From Candidatus Heimdallarchaeum endolithica (GTDB taxonomy: Archaea > Asgardarchaeota > Heimdallarchaeia > Heimdallarchaeales > Heimdallarchaeaceae): 32,000 bases of DNA. The position numbers and the translations under genes were made by a program. Location of the stretch: NCBI GenBank assembly GCA_021513715.1, contig CP084167.1:2085555-2117554 (forward strand), in the 5' to 3' direction. Of this stretch, positions 8,883 through 18,362 are shown in pieces. How positions within the stretch are numbered: position 1 is the first letter of the stretch; each line of letters starts with the position of its first letter. The notes beneath the pieces are model-generated. The model was given only the letters and a program-made list of their open reading frames with translations, did no database searches and was not told where the DNA came from.

Positions 8883-9572
8883 CTAGTCTTTTTTCTCTTC
8901 TATTTTTTCTTTTTGTCCAATTTTTCTTTCTGTTCCTTTTATTAACCTTGACACATTTTCCCTATGTCTCCAGATTACGAACAACAAACATATTGCTCCT
9001 ACTATTGCTGCTTGCCAATTATTGTTAAAGAAAGGATCAGTTCCCGCGAACAACCATAACAATGGAGGATAGAGCATACCTGCTACTAAATTTGAAAGTG
9101 AAGTATATTTAGTTTTTTTAAGTATAACAACCCACAAACTCATTATTATTACAAATGCTATTGGATTTATTCCTAATATTGCTCCTCCTCCCACACTTGC
9201 TGATTTCCCTCCTTTAAACTTTAACCATACTGGAAAACTATGCCCTATTATTGTTGTAAAGACTATTAATGACAGAAATAACCCTTCATTTGTTAATTCT
9301 ACTTGTCCTATTTTTCCTAGTCCTTCAAAATTTTTTGTCCATATCAATATTCTCCCACTTAGAACGGCAATTGTTCCTTTTACCATATCACCTATCATTG
9401 TCATTATTCCTGCTTTTTTTCCGCACAGACGCATTACGTTTGCCATTCCTATATTTCCACTACCATGTTTTCTTACATCAATATTATAACCTATTTTTCC
9501 TATTAAGAAACCTACGGGAATCGAGCCACAAATATATCCTACAAGAAGTACAAGAATCTCTAAAAGCACCAT
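8883..9572 (-). CDS. plsY: Glycerol-3-phosphate acyltransferase, PlsY family (bacterial type)
   Basis: LVGYICGSIPVGFLIGK, HGSGNIGMANVMR, GDMVKG and GHSFPVWLKFKGGKS motifs with multi-pass hydrophobicity. Confidence 0.9.
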   Translation of the reverse strand: MVLLEILVLLVGYICGSIPVGFLIGKIGYNIDVRKHGSGNIGMANVMRLCGKKAGIMTMIGDMVKGTIAVLSGRILIWTKNFEGLGKIGQVELTNEGLFLSLIVFTTIIGHSFPVWLKFKGGKSASVGGGAILGINPIAFVIIMSLWVVILKKTKYTSLSNLVAGMLYPPLLWLFAGTDPFFNNNWQAAIVGAICLLFVIWRHRENVSRLIKGTERKIGQKEKIEEKKD

Positions 9573-9668
9573 GCTTTTCCTACTTTTATGGTATTATTTA
9601 AAATTTATTTGCTTTTATAAATAAAAAACAAAAAAAGAAGAGAATTTATTTAAAATTCTTTATTTTAA

Positions 9669-11783
9669 TTAATTAAGTACTATTTTTACATCTACTGCTG
9701 AGATTCCTTTTCCTTCTTCATATGCGAAGAATGGGTTTACGTCCATTTCTTTAATATCGTTTTTGAAATCTCTTGCAAGCAGTGATATTTTCACCATAGT
9801 GTCAACTATTGCCTTTATATCTGAAGGTTTTTCTCCTCTTACTCCTTTTAACAATGTGTATGATTTTGTTTTTCTTAACACATTTTCAGCTTCTTTGTAG
9901 CTTAGTGGAGCTAAACCGAAAGCTGCATCTTTAAGGAAGTTGGTATATATTCCACCCAATCCTATCATTACTAGTGGACCAAATTGAGGATCTTGTAATA
10001 TCCCTGTTATTAATTCTCGTCCTAGAGGAGCCATATATTGCACTTCTATTAGGCTTTCTGCGTTTGGATAATGTTTCTTTACATTTTCCATTATTTCAGT
10101 AAAAGCTTTTTCTACTTCTTCTTCATTTTTTATACCTACTTTTACTCCTCCGATGTCACTTTTATGCATAATTCCTTCCCCTGTTATCTTCATAACTACA
10201 GGGAAACCTACTTCTTTAGCGATGTGTTTAGCTTCATCGCTTGTTTTTGCTAATTTAGCTGCAGGAGTAGTTATTCCATATGCCTTTACCACTTCTTTTG
10301 CTTCTGTGCCATATAACGTTTTTCTACCTTCAGCCCTTACTTTCTTGAATATTTCTTCTACCCTCTGTTTATCTACTTCTATTTCAGGTATAGGTTCATC
10401 TTCTGGTCTGTTTTTTATTTTAGCATATCTGGCCATAGCGGACATAGCTCCAACTCCTCTCTCTGGAAGTGTAAATGTGGGTATTTTGTGTTTCTTCAAA
10501 TAATATATTGCGGGGCCTAATGATTCTCCCCCTATAAAAACTGCAATGATAGGTTTTTCAGGATATTTTTCATGCATCTCCACAATTCTTTCTGCAGTTT
10601 CTTGTCCCTCAGTCATAGCTTGTGGCGTTAAAATAACGACTATTCCATCTATATTTTCTTCTTTACATGCTAGCTCTATTATCCGTCCATAATCCTCTCC
10701 TTGTGCCGTTCCTAAGGCATCTATCGGATTTTTGAAACTTGATGCAGGAGGTAAAAATTCTCTTAATTTTGCCTCAAACTCGGGAGATATCTCTGCTAGT
10801 TCTAATCCTTCTCTTTCGGCAGCATCGGTTGCTAGAATTCCAGGTCCTCCAGCATTAGTAATTATTACTATTCTGTTTCCCTTTGGTATAGGCATGCAGC
10901 TGAATGAAAATGCCATATCAAATAATTCTTCAGCATTATCAGCTCTTATTACGCCACATTTTTCAAAAGCAACATCATAAGTTGTATCTGCACCAGCCAT
11001 ACTTCCTGTGTGTGAAGATGCTGCCTTTGCTCCAGCTTTTGATCTTCCTGATTTAATAATAAGGACAGGTTTTGTTCTCGTTACTTCAGAACAAATCTTA
11101 ATGAATTCTTCTCCTCGATTTATGCTTTCCAAATAAGCTAATATTGCTTTTGTATGTTCATCTTCACCCAAAGCTTCAATAAAATCTGTTGCGTCTAGGT
11201 CTGCTTTATTACCTATACTTATAAAAGATGAGAAGCCAATCCCTTCTGCTCTACTCCAATCTAGAATACCAGTTAAAAGAGCTCCACTTTGGGATATAAA
11301 TGCAATATCTCCTCTTATTGGAGTTTGTTCTGCAAAACTTGCATTTATAGGTGCAATGGTATCTATTATACCTAAAATGTTAGGTCCTACCATTCTCATG
11401 TTGTATTTTTTCACAAGTTCAACTAGTTCCTTTTCAAGTTTTGCTCCTTCTTCTCCAACTTCTTTAAAACCAGCAGTTATTACAGCAACATATGGAACAT
11501 TCTTTTCACCTAGTTCTTCAATTGTTGAAGGAATAAATCTTGCAGGAATACAAATTACTGCTAGATCAATCGTATCTTCGATATCGCTTACACGAGAATA
11601 ACACTTGACACCCAAAATTTCATAATTATAACGTTCAGCTTTGGGATTGACAGCATACAACCTTCCTTTAAAACCGCAATCAATCATATTTTTTAATGCT
11701 GCATAACCGACTTTCTTTTCATCAGAAGAAGCGCCAATAATTACCACGCTTTCAGGCCTTAATAGTTTTTCAAGCTTAGTCAC
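9669..11783 (-). CDS. Acetate/acyl-CoA ligase (ADP-forming), fused alpha-beta subunits
   Basis: 704 aa: N-terminal CoA-binding domain (SVVIIGASSDEKKVGYAALKNM), succinyl-CoA synthetase-like domain (FISQSGALL, KSGRSKAGAKAASSHTGSMAG) and C-terminal ATP-grasp domain (PVVMKITGEGIMHKSDIGGVKVG). Confidence 0.93.
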   Translation of the reverse strand: MTKLEKLLRPESVVIIGASSDEKKVGYAALKNMIDCGFKGRLYAVNPKAERYNYEILGVKCYSRVSDIEDTIDLAVICIPARFIPSTIEELGEKNVPYVAVITAGFKEVGEEGAKLEKELVELVKKYNMRMVGPNILGIIDTIAPINASFAEQTPIRGDIAFISQSGALLTGILDWSRAEGIGFSSFISIGNKADLDATDFIEALGEDEHTKAILAYLESINRGEEFIKICSEVTRTKPVLIIKSGRSKAGAKAASSHTGSMAGADTTYDVAFEKCGVIRADNAEELFDMAFSFSCMPIPKGNRIVIITNAGGPGILATDAAEREGLELAEISPEFEAKLREFLPPASSFKNPIDALGTAQGEDYGRIIELACKEENIDGIVVILTPQAMTEGQETAERIVEMHEKYPEKPIIAVFIGGESLGPAIYYLKKHKIPTFTLPERGVGAMSAMARYAKIKNRPEDEPIPEIEVDKQRVEEIFKKVRAEGRKTLYGTEAKEVVKAYGITTPAAKLAKTSDEAKHIAKEVGFPVVMKITGEGIMHKSDIGGVKVGIKNEEEVEKAFTEIMENVKKHYPNAESLIEVQYMAPLGRELITGILQDPQFGPLVMIGLGGIYTNFLKDAAFGLAPLSYKEAENVLRKTKSYTLLKGVRGEKPSDIKAIVDTMVKISLLARDFKNDIKEMDVNPFFAYEEGKGISAVDVKIVLN

Positions 11784-12189
11784 ACTGATTCACCAAAATC
11801 TAACCTTTGTCCTCAACCGATTATTAAATGATTTAAGTGTGTCGATTGATATAATTTACTTTTTACGTAAGCTTTTCGCACACGGGCTTTCAAGAGAGAA
11901 AACAAAAGGAAGTTTAATTACTTGATAAGTCAACCTAAACGTATAATAAGAGGAGACGGTTGAGACAGACATCATACACGAATCGTGGGAATCATAAAGA
12001 AGAAAATAACTTTTTTTCTTCACTCCACAAGAGAAAAAAAGAAATACAGTTCTCCAAAACAGAGGAAGAAATTCTTTTTCGTCTACTGGGGATGTAACAA
12101 AAACTTTAGAAAAAAGGTTAATATTCTGCTAAAAACTATTTTCTTTTTGAATTATCGCTAACATTTTGTGGTCTTTATAAGTTCTATTT

Positions 12190-12627
12190 TTGTATAAAAA
12201 AGGAGAACAATCAAAGGAAAAATTAGGAGTGAAAATATTGTCTTTTGGAATTCTAACAAATAAAATTAGTGAAGAAATAACTGATTGTATAAGTGAATTA
12301 AGATTCAAGTCACCAGGGATTTTAGATATAGCAGTTGTTTCTGTCGAAGGGTTACCCATAGCTTCATTAATGTTGGACAACATTGATGAAACTCGCATTT
12401 CAGCAATGACTGCAGCAAGCTTGTCTCTAGGGGAACGTGTGGTTTCAGAATTAAGAAAAGGAAAAGTAAAAAAAATTCTTATTGAAGGAGATAATGGATA
12501 TATTGTTACAATGCAAGCAGGAGAAAATGCAGTTATCACCGTTTCCACCACGCCAGATACAAAACTTGGTTTACTATTTCTAGATTTAGAAAGAGCAGCT
12601 ATTAAATTAGGGAAACTATTGACTTAA
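12190..12627 (+). CDS. Roadblock/LC7 domain protein (true start may be the GTG near 12226)
   Basis: DIAVVSVEGLPIASL...ISAMTAASLSLGERVVSELRKGKVKKILIEGDNGYIVTMQAGENAVITV is the canonical Roadblock pattern. Confidence 0.85.
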   Translation: MYKKGEQSKEKLGVKILSFGILTNKISEEITDCISELRFKSPGILDIAVVSVEGLPIASLMLDNIDETRISAMTAASLSLGERVVSELRKGKVKKILIEGDNGYIVTMQAGENAVITVSTTPDTKLGLLFLDLERAAIKLGKLLT

Positions 12628-12650
12628 AAATAGAAAATTGTATGCTAAAA

Positions 12651-15008
12651 TCACTTTATAATAAATTTTGAATAGGGTAAACTTAAATCTTTAACTACAG
12701 AGGTTATTTCCTCATTTGAGTAAATCTGCCTTAGTTGTTTAATAATTATAGGAGAGGACAATATTTTTGAAAGAAATTCATTTTCGCGTTTAATATTAAT
12801 GACTTCAGGTTTCTGCGTAAAGACAATTTCTTGCAACACTTCTTCTAATTCTGAAGATAGTTTCTCTCTAAGATAAATTTCAAAAACCAAAGAATTTATT
12901 ATAAACTCGAGTTTAGATCTGACTTGCATATATAGTCTATCATCCAATTGAAGTGCTTGTGCTCTGTACATACACTCAGAAAAGAAACTTACCACTTTTT
13001 GGTTGTGAGAGACTTGAATAGGTAGAGTGGTAATTTGACTTGTTCTAAAATCGTAGAGATAGTAAATTTTTTTGTTTCTGTGTTTAATATAATAATGTAA
13101 AAGTTCTGAATTTAGAAGAGAAAGAAGAAAAAACCAGTCCAACTTAGAACGCATTTCTTGTTTGATAACAAGAGTGATAACATCTGTTTCATTAATCGTT
13201 AGGGGCGTTTTACTTTTAACTAAAGCAAATCTATTAATTGAAGACTGATATGGCGTTACGATTTTTGGAACACTATCAATTAAATTTAAAGAGCGATAGG
13301 CTGCATAATCAAAGAAGTTCTTACTACCATATTTTTTTTGTGTTTCTTTGAGTTTCTCGATATACTTATGTAGATACTGCTCAATCATAGGGTAATCTGA
13401 AATAGACTTGTCTTTGAGAAATATCCAATATCGCTCTTGTTTTTTAAGAAAATAGCGGATAATATCACTATTTTTAATTAATCTTCTTAAAACTCTTTGT
13501 TCATTTTCAGGGAGAGAAAGTTTAACTTTTTTATATCCTTCAAATATATTATCTTTAATTTTTTTTAAAGTAAATATTGAATTATTACCTGTTGAACAAC
13601 CCTTCCCGATATAACACACACCAGGAATATTATTTTCTTTATCTCCTCCAAGTGTTAAACAACTATGTTCATCGAGATATTCAACCAGTTTAGGAACATT
13701 AAAGTTCCATCTTGAAGAGGAGAGGGATTCTTGATCGATTTGTTTAACAAGAAAATCATGTTTATTGATAGAGGTTATTCTCTCAGAATTTTGTAAAATA
13801 TAAACATCAAACAATCCTTTTTCTTTTCTTTTTTCTAAAGTTACAATAGAAACATCGACCCCCAACTTTTTTTCGCTCTCAGAAAACAAACTCCTATTAC
13901 TTTGGAAGTCCATGATTTCAAGGATTCTAGAATTCTTCTGGATAAAATATCTCAATTTATTGCTATCTTTACCCTCTAACCAGTATCGAGGAACTATAAA
14001 AGAAACAACCCCAGAGGGACGTAATATTGATAATGCACGTTCCCAGAAAACGTTAGATAGATCACCGTTGGGATTATAAGTTTCATAAATGCTTGCATAA
14101 ATATATCTTTCAATTTGTGGTAAACGTTTAACATTGATGTAGGGGGGATTTCCTACGATAATATCAAAACCTTCTCGATTTCTCAATTGAGGAAAAAATA
14201 ATTTCCAATGAACTAATTTTTGTTTTCTTAAAAAGTTATAAACTTCTGTGACTAATGTTTTTTTTCTAAATTTAGATAAAAAAAGTTCAACCCAGTGGTT
14301 TGTAGAATCCTTTCCATTAATATATCCTTTATTAATAAAACCTAGTAAACTATTCCCTTGTCTAAAATTAGCGCGAGGAAGTTTAATATTAGAACAATTT
14401 AGAGCTTCCATTACTTGTTTAAATAACTTTAATTGAGCCAATTCTATAGCCTTTGCGGAAAGATCAACACCAAAAAGACTATTCTGAACGATATCTATAG
14501 CGATTTTTTTGCTTTCCTCTTCTAATTCAGAAGGAGAAGGAGAATATAAAAGAATAAATACGTTTTTACGCAGTAAAAATAAGTAATCAAATGTATAGAT
14601 GAGAAAGACACCCCAACCCATCGATATATCACAGACAGTTATATTTGGAAAAATATGTTGGTGTAAATATGTTAGAATCTTTTTTTCATGATTTGAGAGA
14701 TTTGAGTTAAGAGACAAGATTTTCTTAACTAATTGCTGAATATTGCTGTCAAACTTCGATAAATACCAAAGAAAAGCGTTAGAAACAATATAATCAACTA
14801 TAAAGTCAGGGGTATAGTAGATACCAAAGTTTTTTTTCTTGGAACTATTAAATAAATTCAATTCAGACTCATAGATATTTATTTTATGCACAACATCAGA
14901 AAGAGATAAAGGAATATAGGAGGTCAATTTTGCTATCCAGAGTATGTATTGGAGAAAAATAAAAAAGGTTACGCTTAAAGAACAAAAAAAGAATAAAGTT
15001 CTAAACAA
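12651..15008 (-). CDS. N6-adenine DNA methyltransferase of the Eco57I/TaqI (Type IIG-like) class with TaqI-like C-terminal specificity region
   Basis: 785 aa; NPPYINV catalytic motif IV; YYTPDFIVDYIV N-terminal motif; degenerate motif I CDISMGWGVFL; RYWLEGKDSNKLRYFI. Confidence 0.85.
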   Translation of the reverse strand: MFRTLFFFCSLSVTFFIFLQYILWIAKLTSYIPLSLSDVVHKINIYESELNLFNSSKKKNFGIYYTPDFIVDYIVSNAFLWYLSKFDSNIQQLVKKILSLNSNLSNHEKKILTYLHQHIFPNITVCDISMGWGVFLIYTFDYLFLLRKNVFILLYSPSPSELEEESKKIAIDIVQNSLFGVDLSAKAIELAQLKLFKQVMEALNCSNIKLPRANFRQGNSLLGFINKGYINGKDSTNHWVELFLSKFRKKTLVTEVYNFLRKQKLVHWKLFFPQLRNREGFDIIVGNPPYINVKRLPQIERYIYASIYETYNPNGDLSNVFWERALSILRPSGVVSFIVPRYWLEGKDSNKLRYFIQKNSRILEIMDFQSNRSLFSESEKKLGVDVSIVTLEKRKEKGLFDVYILQNSERITSINKHDFLVKQIDQESLSSSRWNFNVPKLVEYLDEHSCLTLGGDKENNIPGVCYIGKGCSTGNNSIFTLKKIKDNIFEGYKKVKLSLPENEQRVLRRLIKNSDIIRYFLKKQERYWIFLKDKSISDYPMIEQYLHKYIEKLKETQKKYGSKNFFDYAAYRSLNLIDSVPKIVTPYQSSINRFALVKSKTPLTINETDVITLVIKQEMRSKLDWFFLLSLLNSELLHYYIKHRNKKIYYLYDFRTSQITTLPIQVSHNQKVVSFFSECMYRAQALQLDDRLYMQVRSKLEFIINSLVFEIYLREKLSSELEEVLQEIVFTQKPEVINIKRENEFLSKILSSPIIIKQLRQIYSNEEITSVVKDLSLPYSKFIIK

Positions 15009-15040
15009 GAAAAGAAAATAGACAAAAAATAATTAGTTAT

Positions 15041-15535
15041 CTATAAAAGATACTCTCCTTCTTCCTCTTCCTTTTCAGTTGCGGCCTTTTCGATAACGCG
15101 TATTGATTCTCCAGAAATAGTAACGGGTATTTGAAGATCAACACTTAAAAGCTCCAAGGTAACTTCTTCTTTTGCAGAATGAATATCTGTGACACGTGCT
15201 CGAGAACCCTTAAAGGGACCAGAGACGATTTCGACTATATCACCAGGGTTTACTCCTTCAATAACAGGACGAGGCATAAGAAAATGTTCTAGCTCATTAA
15301 TAGGTATCTCTTCAGCTCTAGAAGAACGAGGACGTTTCCTTACGTGTCGGACTCCTTCAACTAGTAACTCTATGTGATCAATGGAACTTGATTCTATAAA
15401 GATATAACCTTTAAGAGAACCAGTAACCAAAATAGCTTTAATATCAAGCTCTGGTCGTTTATCTGCTCGACGAGCTAAATACTCAGAAACAGATTGTTCC
15501 TGCCCTATTGCTGTTCTCAATGCATATATTGGCAT
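15041..15535 (-). CDS. spt5: Transcription elongation factor Spt5 (NusG homolog); ORF opens at 15601 but MPIYALRTAIGQE at 15535 is the likely start
   Basis: NGN domain (YALRTAIGQEQSVSEYL...GYIFIESSS) followed by KOW motif (VNPGDIVEIVSGPFKGSRARV). Confidence 0.92.
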   Translation of the reverse strand: MPIYALRTAIGQEQSVSEYLARRADKRPELDIKAILVTGSLKGYIFIESSSIDHIELLVEGVRHVRKRPRSSRAEEIPINELEHFLMPRPVIEGVNPGDIVEIVSGPFKGSRARVTDIHSAKEEVTLELLSVDLQIPVTISGESIRVIEKAATEKEEEEGEYLL

Positions 15536-15581
15536 AATTTCATCTCCACGAGGTTTAAGTAAAACGTAAGAAAGAATAATA

Positions 15582-15776
15582 TCATTTGTTAATAGCGTCA
15601 AGTATAACGTTGAACATAAGATGAAGAACCCAACCGATTAATCCAATGACTATAATACCTAAAGCAGTAATTTTAGCAGTCATGGAAAGCTCGCGACGAC
15701 TAGGCTTTTTAGCATGACGAAGTAAACGTCGACTACGAATAACGAAAGAACGAGTATTGTTAATAAATTTGCTCAT
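15582..15776 (-). CDS. secE: Protein translocase subunit Sec61 gamma / SecE
   Basis: 64 aa; RRLLRHAKKPSRRELSMTAKITALGIIVIGLIGWVLHLMF; adjacent to spt5. Confidence 0.88.
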   Translation of the reverse strand: MSKFINNTRSFVIRSRRLLRHAKKPSRRELSMTAKITALGIIVIGLIGWVLHLMFNVILDAINK

Positions 15777-15852
15777 TATCTATACCTCTATTTTAAATAT
15801 ACTTCATGTTTAATTTTTTACTAGCATTCATAAACTTTGTTTATAACGAAAG

Positions 15853-16350
15853 TTATTCCTCATTCTCAGAGAGAATATCAGCATACAATCCTTCATCTAT
15901 CTCCTTCTGAACTACACGAGGAGCTTTACCATCACAAGTAATACCCATACAAACCATGGTCCCAAGCAACTCTTTACAAGCAGCACCAAGAGTAGCAGCA
16001 GTAAGATCAGGCCATTTAGCTTTAGCAGCATTGATCAACTGTTGAAAAGTAATATTGCCAACAACCTCAGTGTTAGGAGTACCAGAACCCTTGGAAAGAC
16101 CAGCTTCTTTTAAAATAAGAGCAGAAGCAGGAGGAATACCAACGGAAAGGGTAAACTCACGTGTTTTCTTGAAAACGGTAACAGTAACAGGAACCTTCAT
16201 ACCTTTATAAGCTTGAGTTTGCTTGTTAATTTCATCGACAACTTGCTTGATATTAACACCAGTAGGACCAAGAGCAGGGCCCATAGCACCACCAGGGGTA
16301 GCTTTACCACCATCTACTAAAAGATCAACAGTAACTGTATCTGAACTCAT
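15853..16350 (-). CDS. rpl11: Ribosomal protein L11 (uL11)
   Basis: VDGGKATPGGAMGPALGPTGVNIKQVVDEINKQT and GMPVTVTVFK/PPASALILKEAGLSKGSG motifs. Confidence 0.96.
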   Translation of the reverse strand: MSSDTVTVDLLVDGGKATPGGAMGPALGPTGVNIKQVVDEINKQTQAYKGMKVPVTVTVFKKTREFTLSVGIPPASALILKEAGLSKGSGTPNTEVVGNITFQQLINAAKAKWPDLTAATLGAACKELLGTMVCMGITCDGKAPRVVQKEIDEGLYADILSENEE

Positions 16351-16429
16351 AATATATTCTCCTCTAAATAATGTTAGTATATCTTAAGTCAGAAACAAAA
16401 CAACGTTACTTAAATATATTGATTTTAAA

Positions 16430-16709
16430 CAAATAAAAAAAGAAGAGAAACATAAATCAAAAATAAAAAAAAAGAAGAGAAAGAAAAAAGAAAGAAAAAG
16501 AAAAAATGGAAAAAAAGAAGTAGAGGAAAAAAGGGAAAAAAGAGAAGAAAGAATAAGAGGGGAAAAAAAAGAGAAAATAAAGAATTTGAAAGAAAAATGG
16601 GAGGGAGAAGAAAGAATAAGGAAAGAGAAGAAAAAAAGAAAAAAACAAAATCCATAAAAGTTAAAAAGAAATCGGTAATCAAAAGAATAGAAGGAAAAAA
16701 CAAAAAAAA
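16430..16709. other. Polypurine (A/G) tract, about 280 bp, directly upstream of tRNA-Gly(TCC)
   Basis: The plus strand is almost entirely A and G with only scattered pyrimidines. Confidence 0.75.
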
Positions 16710-16816
16710 GCGCCAATAGTCTAGTGGCTAGGACCTCTGACTTCCATTAGAAGGCTTCTAATAAGCATTCACGAAGAAATCAGAATACCTGGGTTCAATT
16801 CCCAGTTGGCGCACCA
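16710..16816 (+). tRNA. tRNA-Gly (anticodon TCC) with about 32-nt intron (about 16747-16778); CCA encoded
   Basis: Acceptor GCGCCAA/TTGGCGC; anticodon stem TCTGA/TCAGA interrupted after CTTCCA; T-arm CTGGGTTCAATTCCCAG; CCA. Confidence 0.88.
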
Positions 16817-17183
16817 GCTTTTTTATTTACTACTTTTAGATTAGGAAGTCTGTTATTTTTGTTTGTCCTCTTTTTTCATTATTTCTTTTCTTTTGCTTGT
16901 ACATTGACCATAATCCTTTTGGCGTTAGCATTTTTAGCAATTCTCCATCGATACCATAATCAATTTTTATAGAAATCAATTAGTATATTCTCGTTGACCA
17001 TAAATTTCTCTAAAATAATTTCTGATTCATGTTCTTGAAGGTGTTTCCTTGAAGCCATTTCAAATTCAAAAATAACATTTCGATATATAAACATAATAAT
17101 AAAAAAATAAGATGTGTTACATTAGACTATGTTTTTTTCTTTTTTATAAATTAATTAAAAGATTAAAGATTAGCGTGAATATC

Positions 17184-18095
17184 ATGTTCCAAAAACATGT
17201 TAGTATTAGCGTTACTGATGTTCTTGAAGATGATTTTTGTACAATAAGACCGTATATTGCAGTTCTACTTAAAATGAATAAATTGAGAGAGTATGCTTCT
17301 TCTTCAAGATCTATGGAGCTAGGAACTTTTTACCATCTACTTCTACAATCTGTTTTATCAAACAATTTCGACTTAGTACAACATTTTTACATACACGAAA
17401 AACTATCCGTCAAAGAATCTTTTTTTACCGCTTTATATGAGTTGACAGAAAGATTTTTCTTTCCTGATGGAGAGAAGGACTTTGATTGTATAATTGAAAG
17501 AGAAAAAGAAGTAAAGTTTGACGATAAGCTTTATTTTAATTTACGCACTTTGGCTATGCTTTGTTCTACTTTAGTTGAAGAGAATAATAAAGGAAGATTA
17601 ATTTCTCTTGTTATAGGAACTGAATACAAAATTGAGTATGAATTATCAGAAAAATTTCTTTTAACAGGCAGAATAGATATTGTAGCTTGGACAGTAGATC
17701 GAACAGCAATAAGAGTGATAGAACTAAAAACAGGAAAAAAATCACCAAGAGATAAAAGGCAAGTGTTAACCTACTCAGAAATTATTAGAAAAAAGAAACC
17801 TAATATCGAAATTACTCCTGAACTGTGGTACTTAAATAACAATGATGAAAAGAAAAGAATAATATTAGATATACCTAAGGAGGATATAGAATTAAAAAGG
17901 ATTAGTAGTATTATATCCTTTGTTGAGAAACTAAAATCTGAAAAACAATTATCACCTAGAATTAAAAACAAGAAATATTGTAACAAAAAGTGTAGAATGT
18001 GTGAATATATAGATGAATTCTTTGTACAAAATAAAACAATGCCCAAAAAGGACGAAATTGTTTGGAAAAAAATAAGGCTTAAACAAGAAAAGTAA
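17184..18095 (+). CDS. Cas4/RecB-like PD-(D/E)XK nuclease with candidate Fe-S cluster cysteines (ORF opens at 17112)
   Basis: HVSISVTDVLEDDFC N-terminus resembles Cas4 ISxTDL...C; LLTGRIDIVAWTVDRTAIRVIELKTGKK is the GxxD..ExK core; C-terminal YCNKKCRMCEY cysteines. Confidence 0.75.
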   Translation: MFQKHVSISVTDVLEDDFCTIRPYIAVLLKMNKLREYASSSRSMELGTFYHLLLQSVLSNNFDLVQHFYIHEKLSVKESFFTALYELTERFFFPDGEKDFDCIIEREKEVKFDDKLYFNLRTLAMLCSTLVEENNKGRLISLVIGTEYKIEYELSEKFLLTGRIDIVAWTVDRTAIRVIELKTGKKSPRDKRQVLTYSEIIRKKKPNIEITPELWYLNNNDEKKRIILDIPKEDIELKRISSIISFVEKLKSEKQLSPRIKNKKYCNKKCRMCEYIDEFFVQNKTMPKKDEIVWKKIRLKQEK

Positions 18096-18253
18096 GTTAA
18101 ATTACATTCATTATCTCAAAAAAAAATAGATCTTTTGACAGTTATTAAACCATTTTCGTTGAATTTACAACATCAAGAAAAGCATAACAATAAGCGAAAA
18201 ATTTAATTAAGAAAGAAAAAGCATTAATCAGAAATTAATTAAAAATAATTTAT

Positions 18254-18361
18254 GCTCGCGTAGTCTAGTTTGGCTAGGACTCGTCACTGCCAAGCTGCTT
18301 TCTGTATGAAAGTAGTTGTGGAACTGACGGAACCCGGGTTCAAATCCCGGCGCGTGCACCA
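18254..18361 (+). tRNA. tRNA-Gly (anticodon GCC) with about 31-nt intron (about 18293-18323); CCA encoded; T3-T70 acceptor mismatch
   Basis: Acceptor GCTCGCG/CGCGTGC (6 of 7 pairs); anticodon stem CGTCA/TGACG interrupted after CTGCCA; T-arm CCGGGTTCAAATCCCGG; CCA. Confidence 0.85.
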
Positions 18362-18362
18362 C

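Noticed and set aside
9269-11601. Plus-strand ORFs opposite plsY and the acyl-CoA ligase
   Set aside because: Shadow ORFs on the opposite strand of strongly supported genes.
16384-16716. Minus-strand F-rich ORFs (110, 92 and 63 aa)
   Set aside because: They are low-complexity translations of the polypurine tract, open in several frames at once because the tract lacks pyrimidines.
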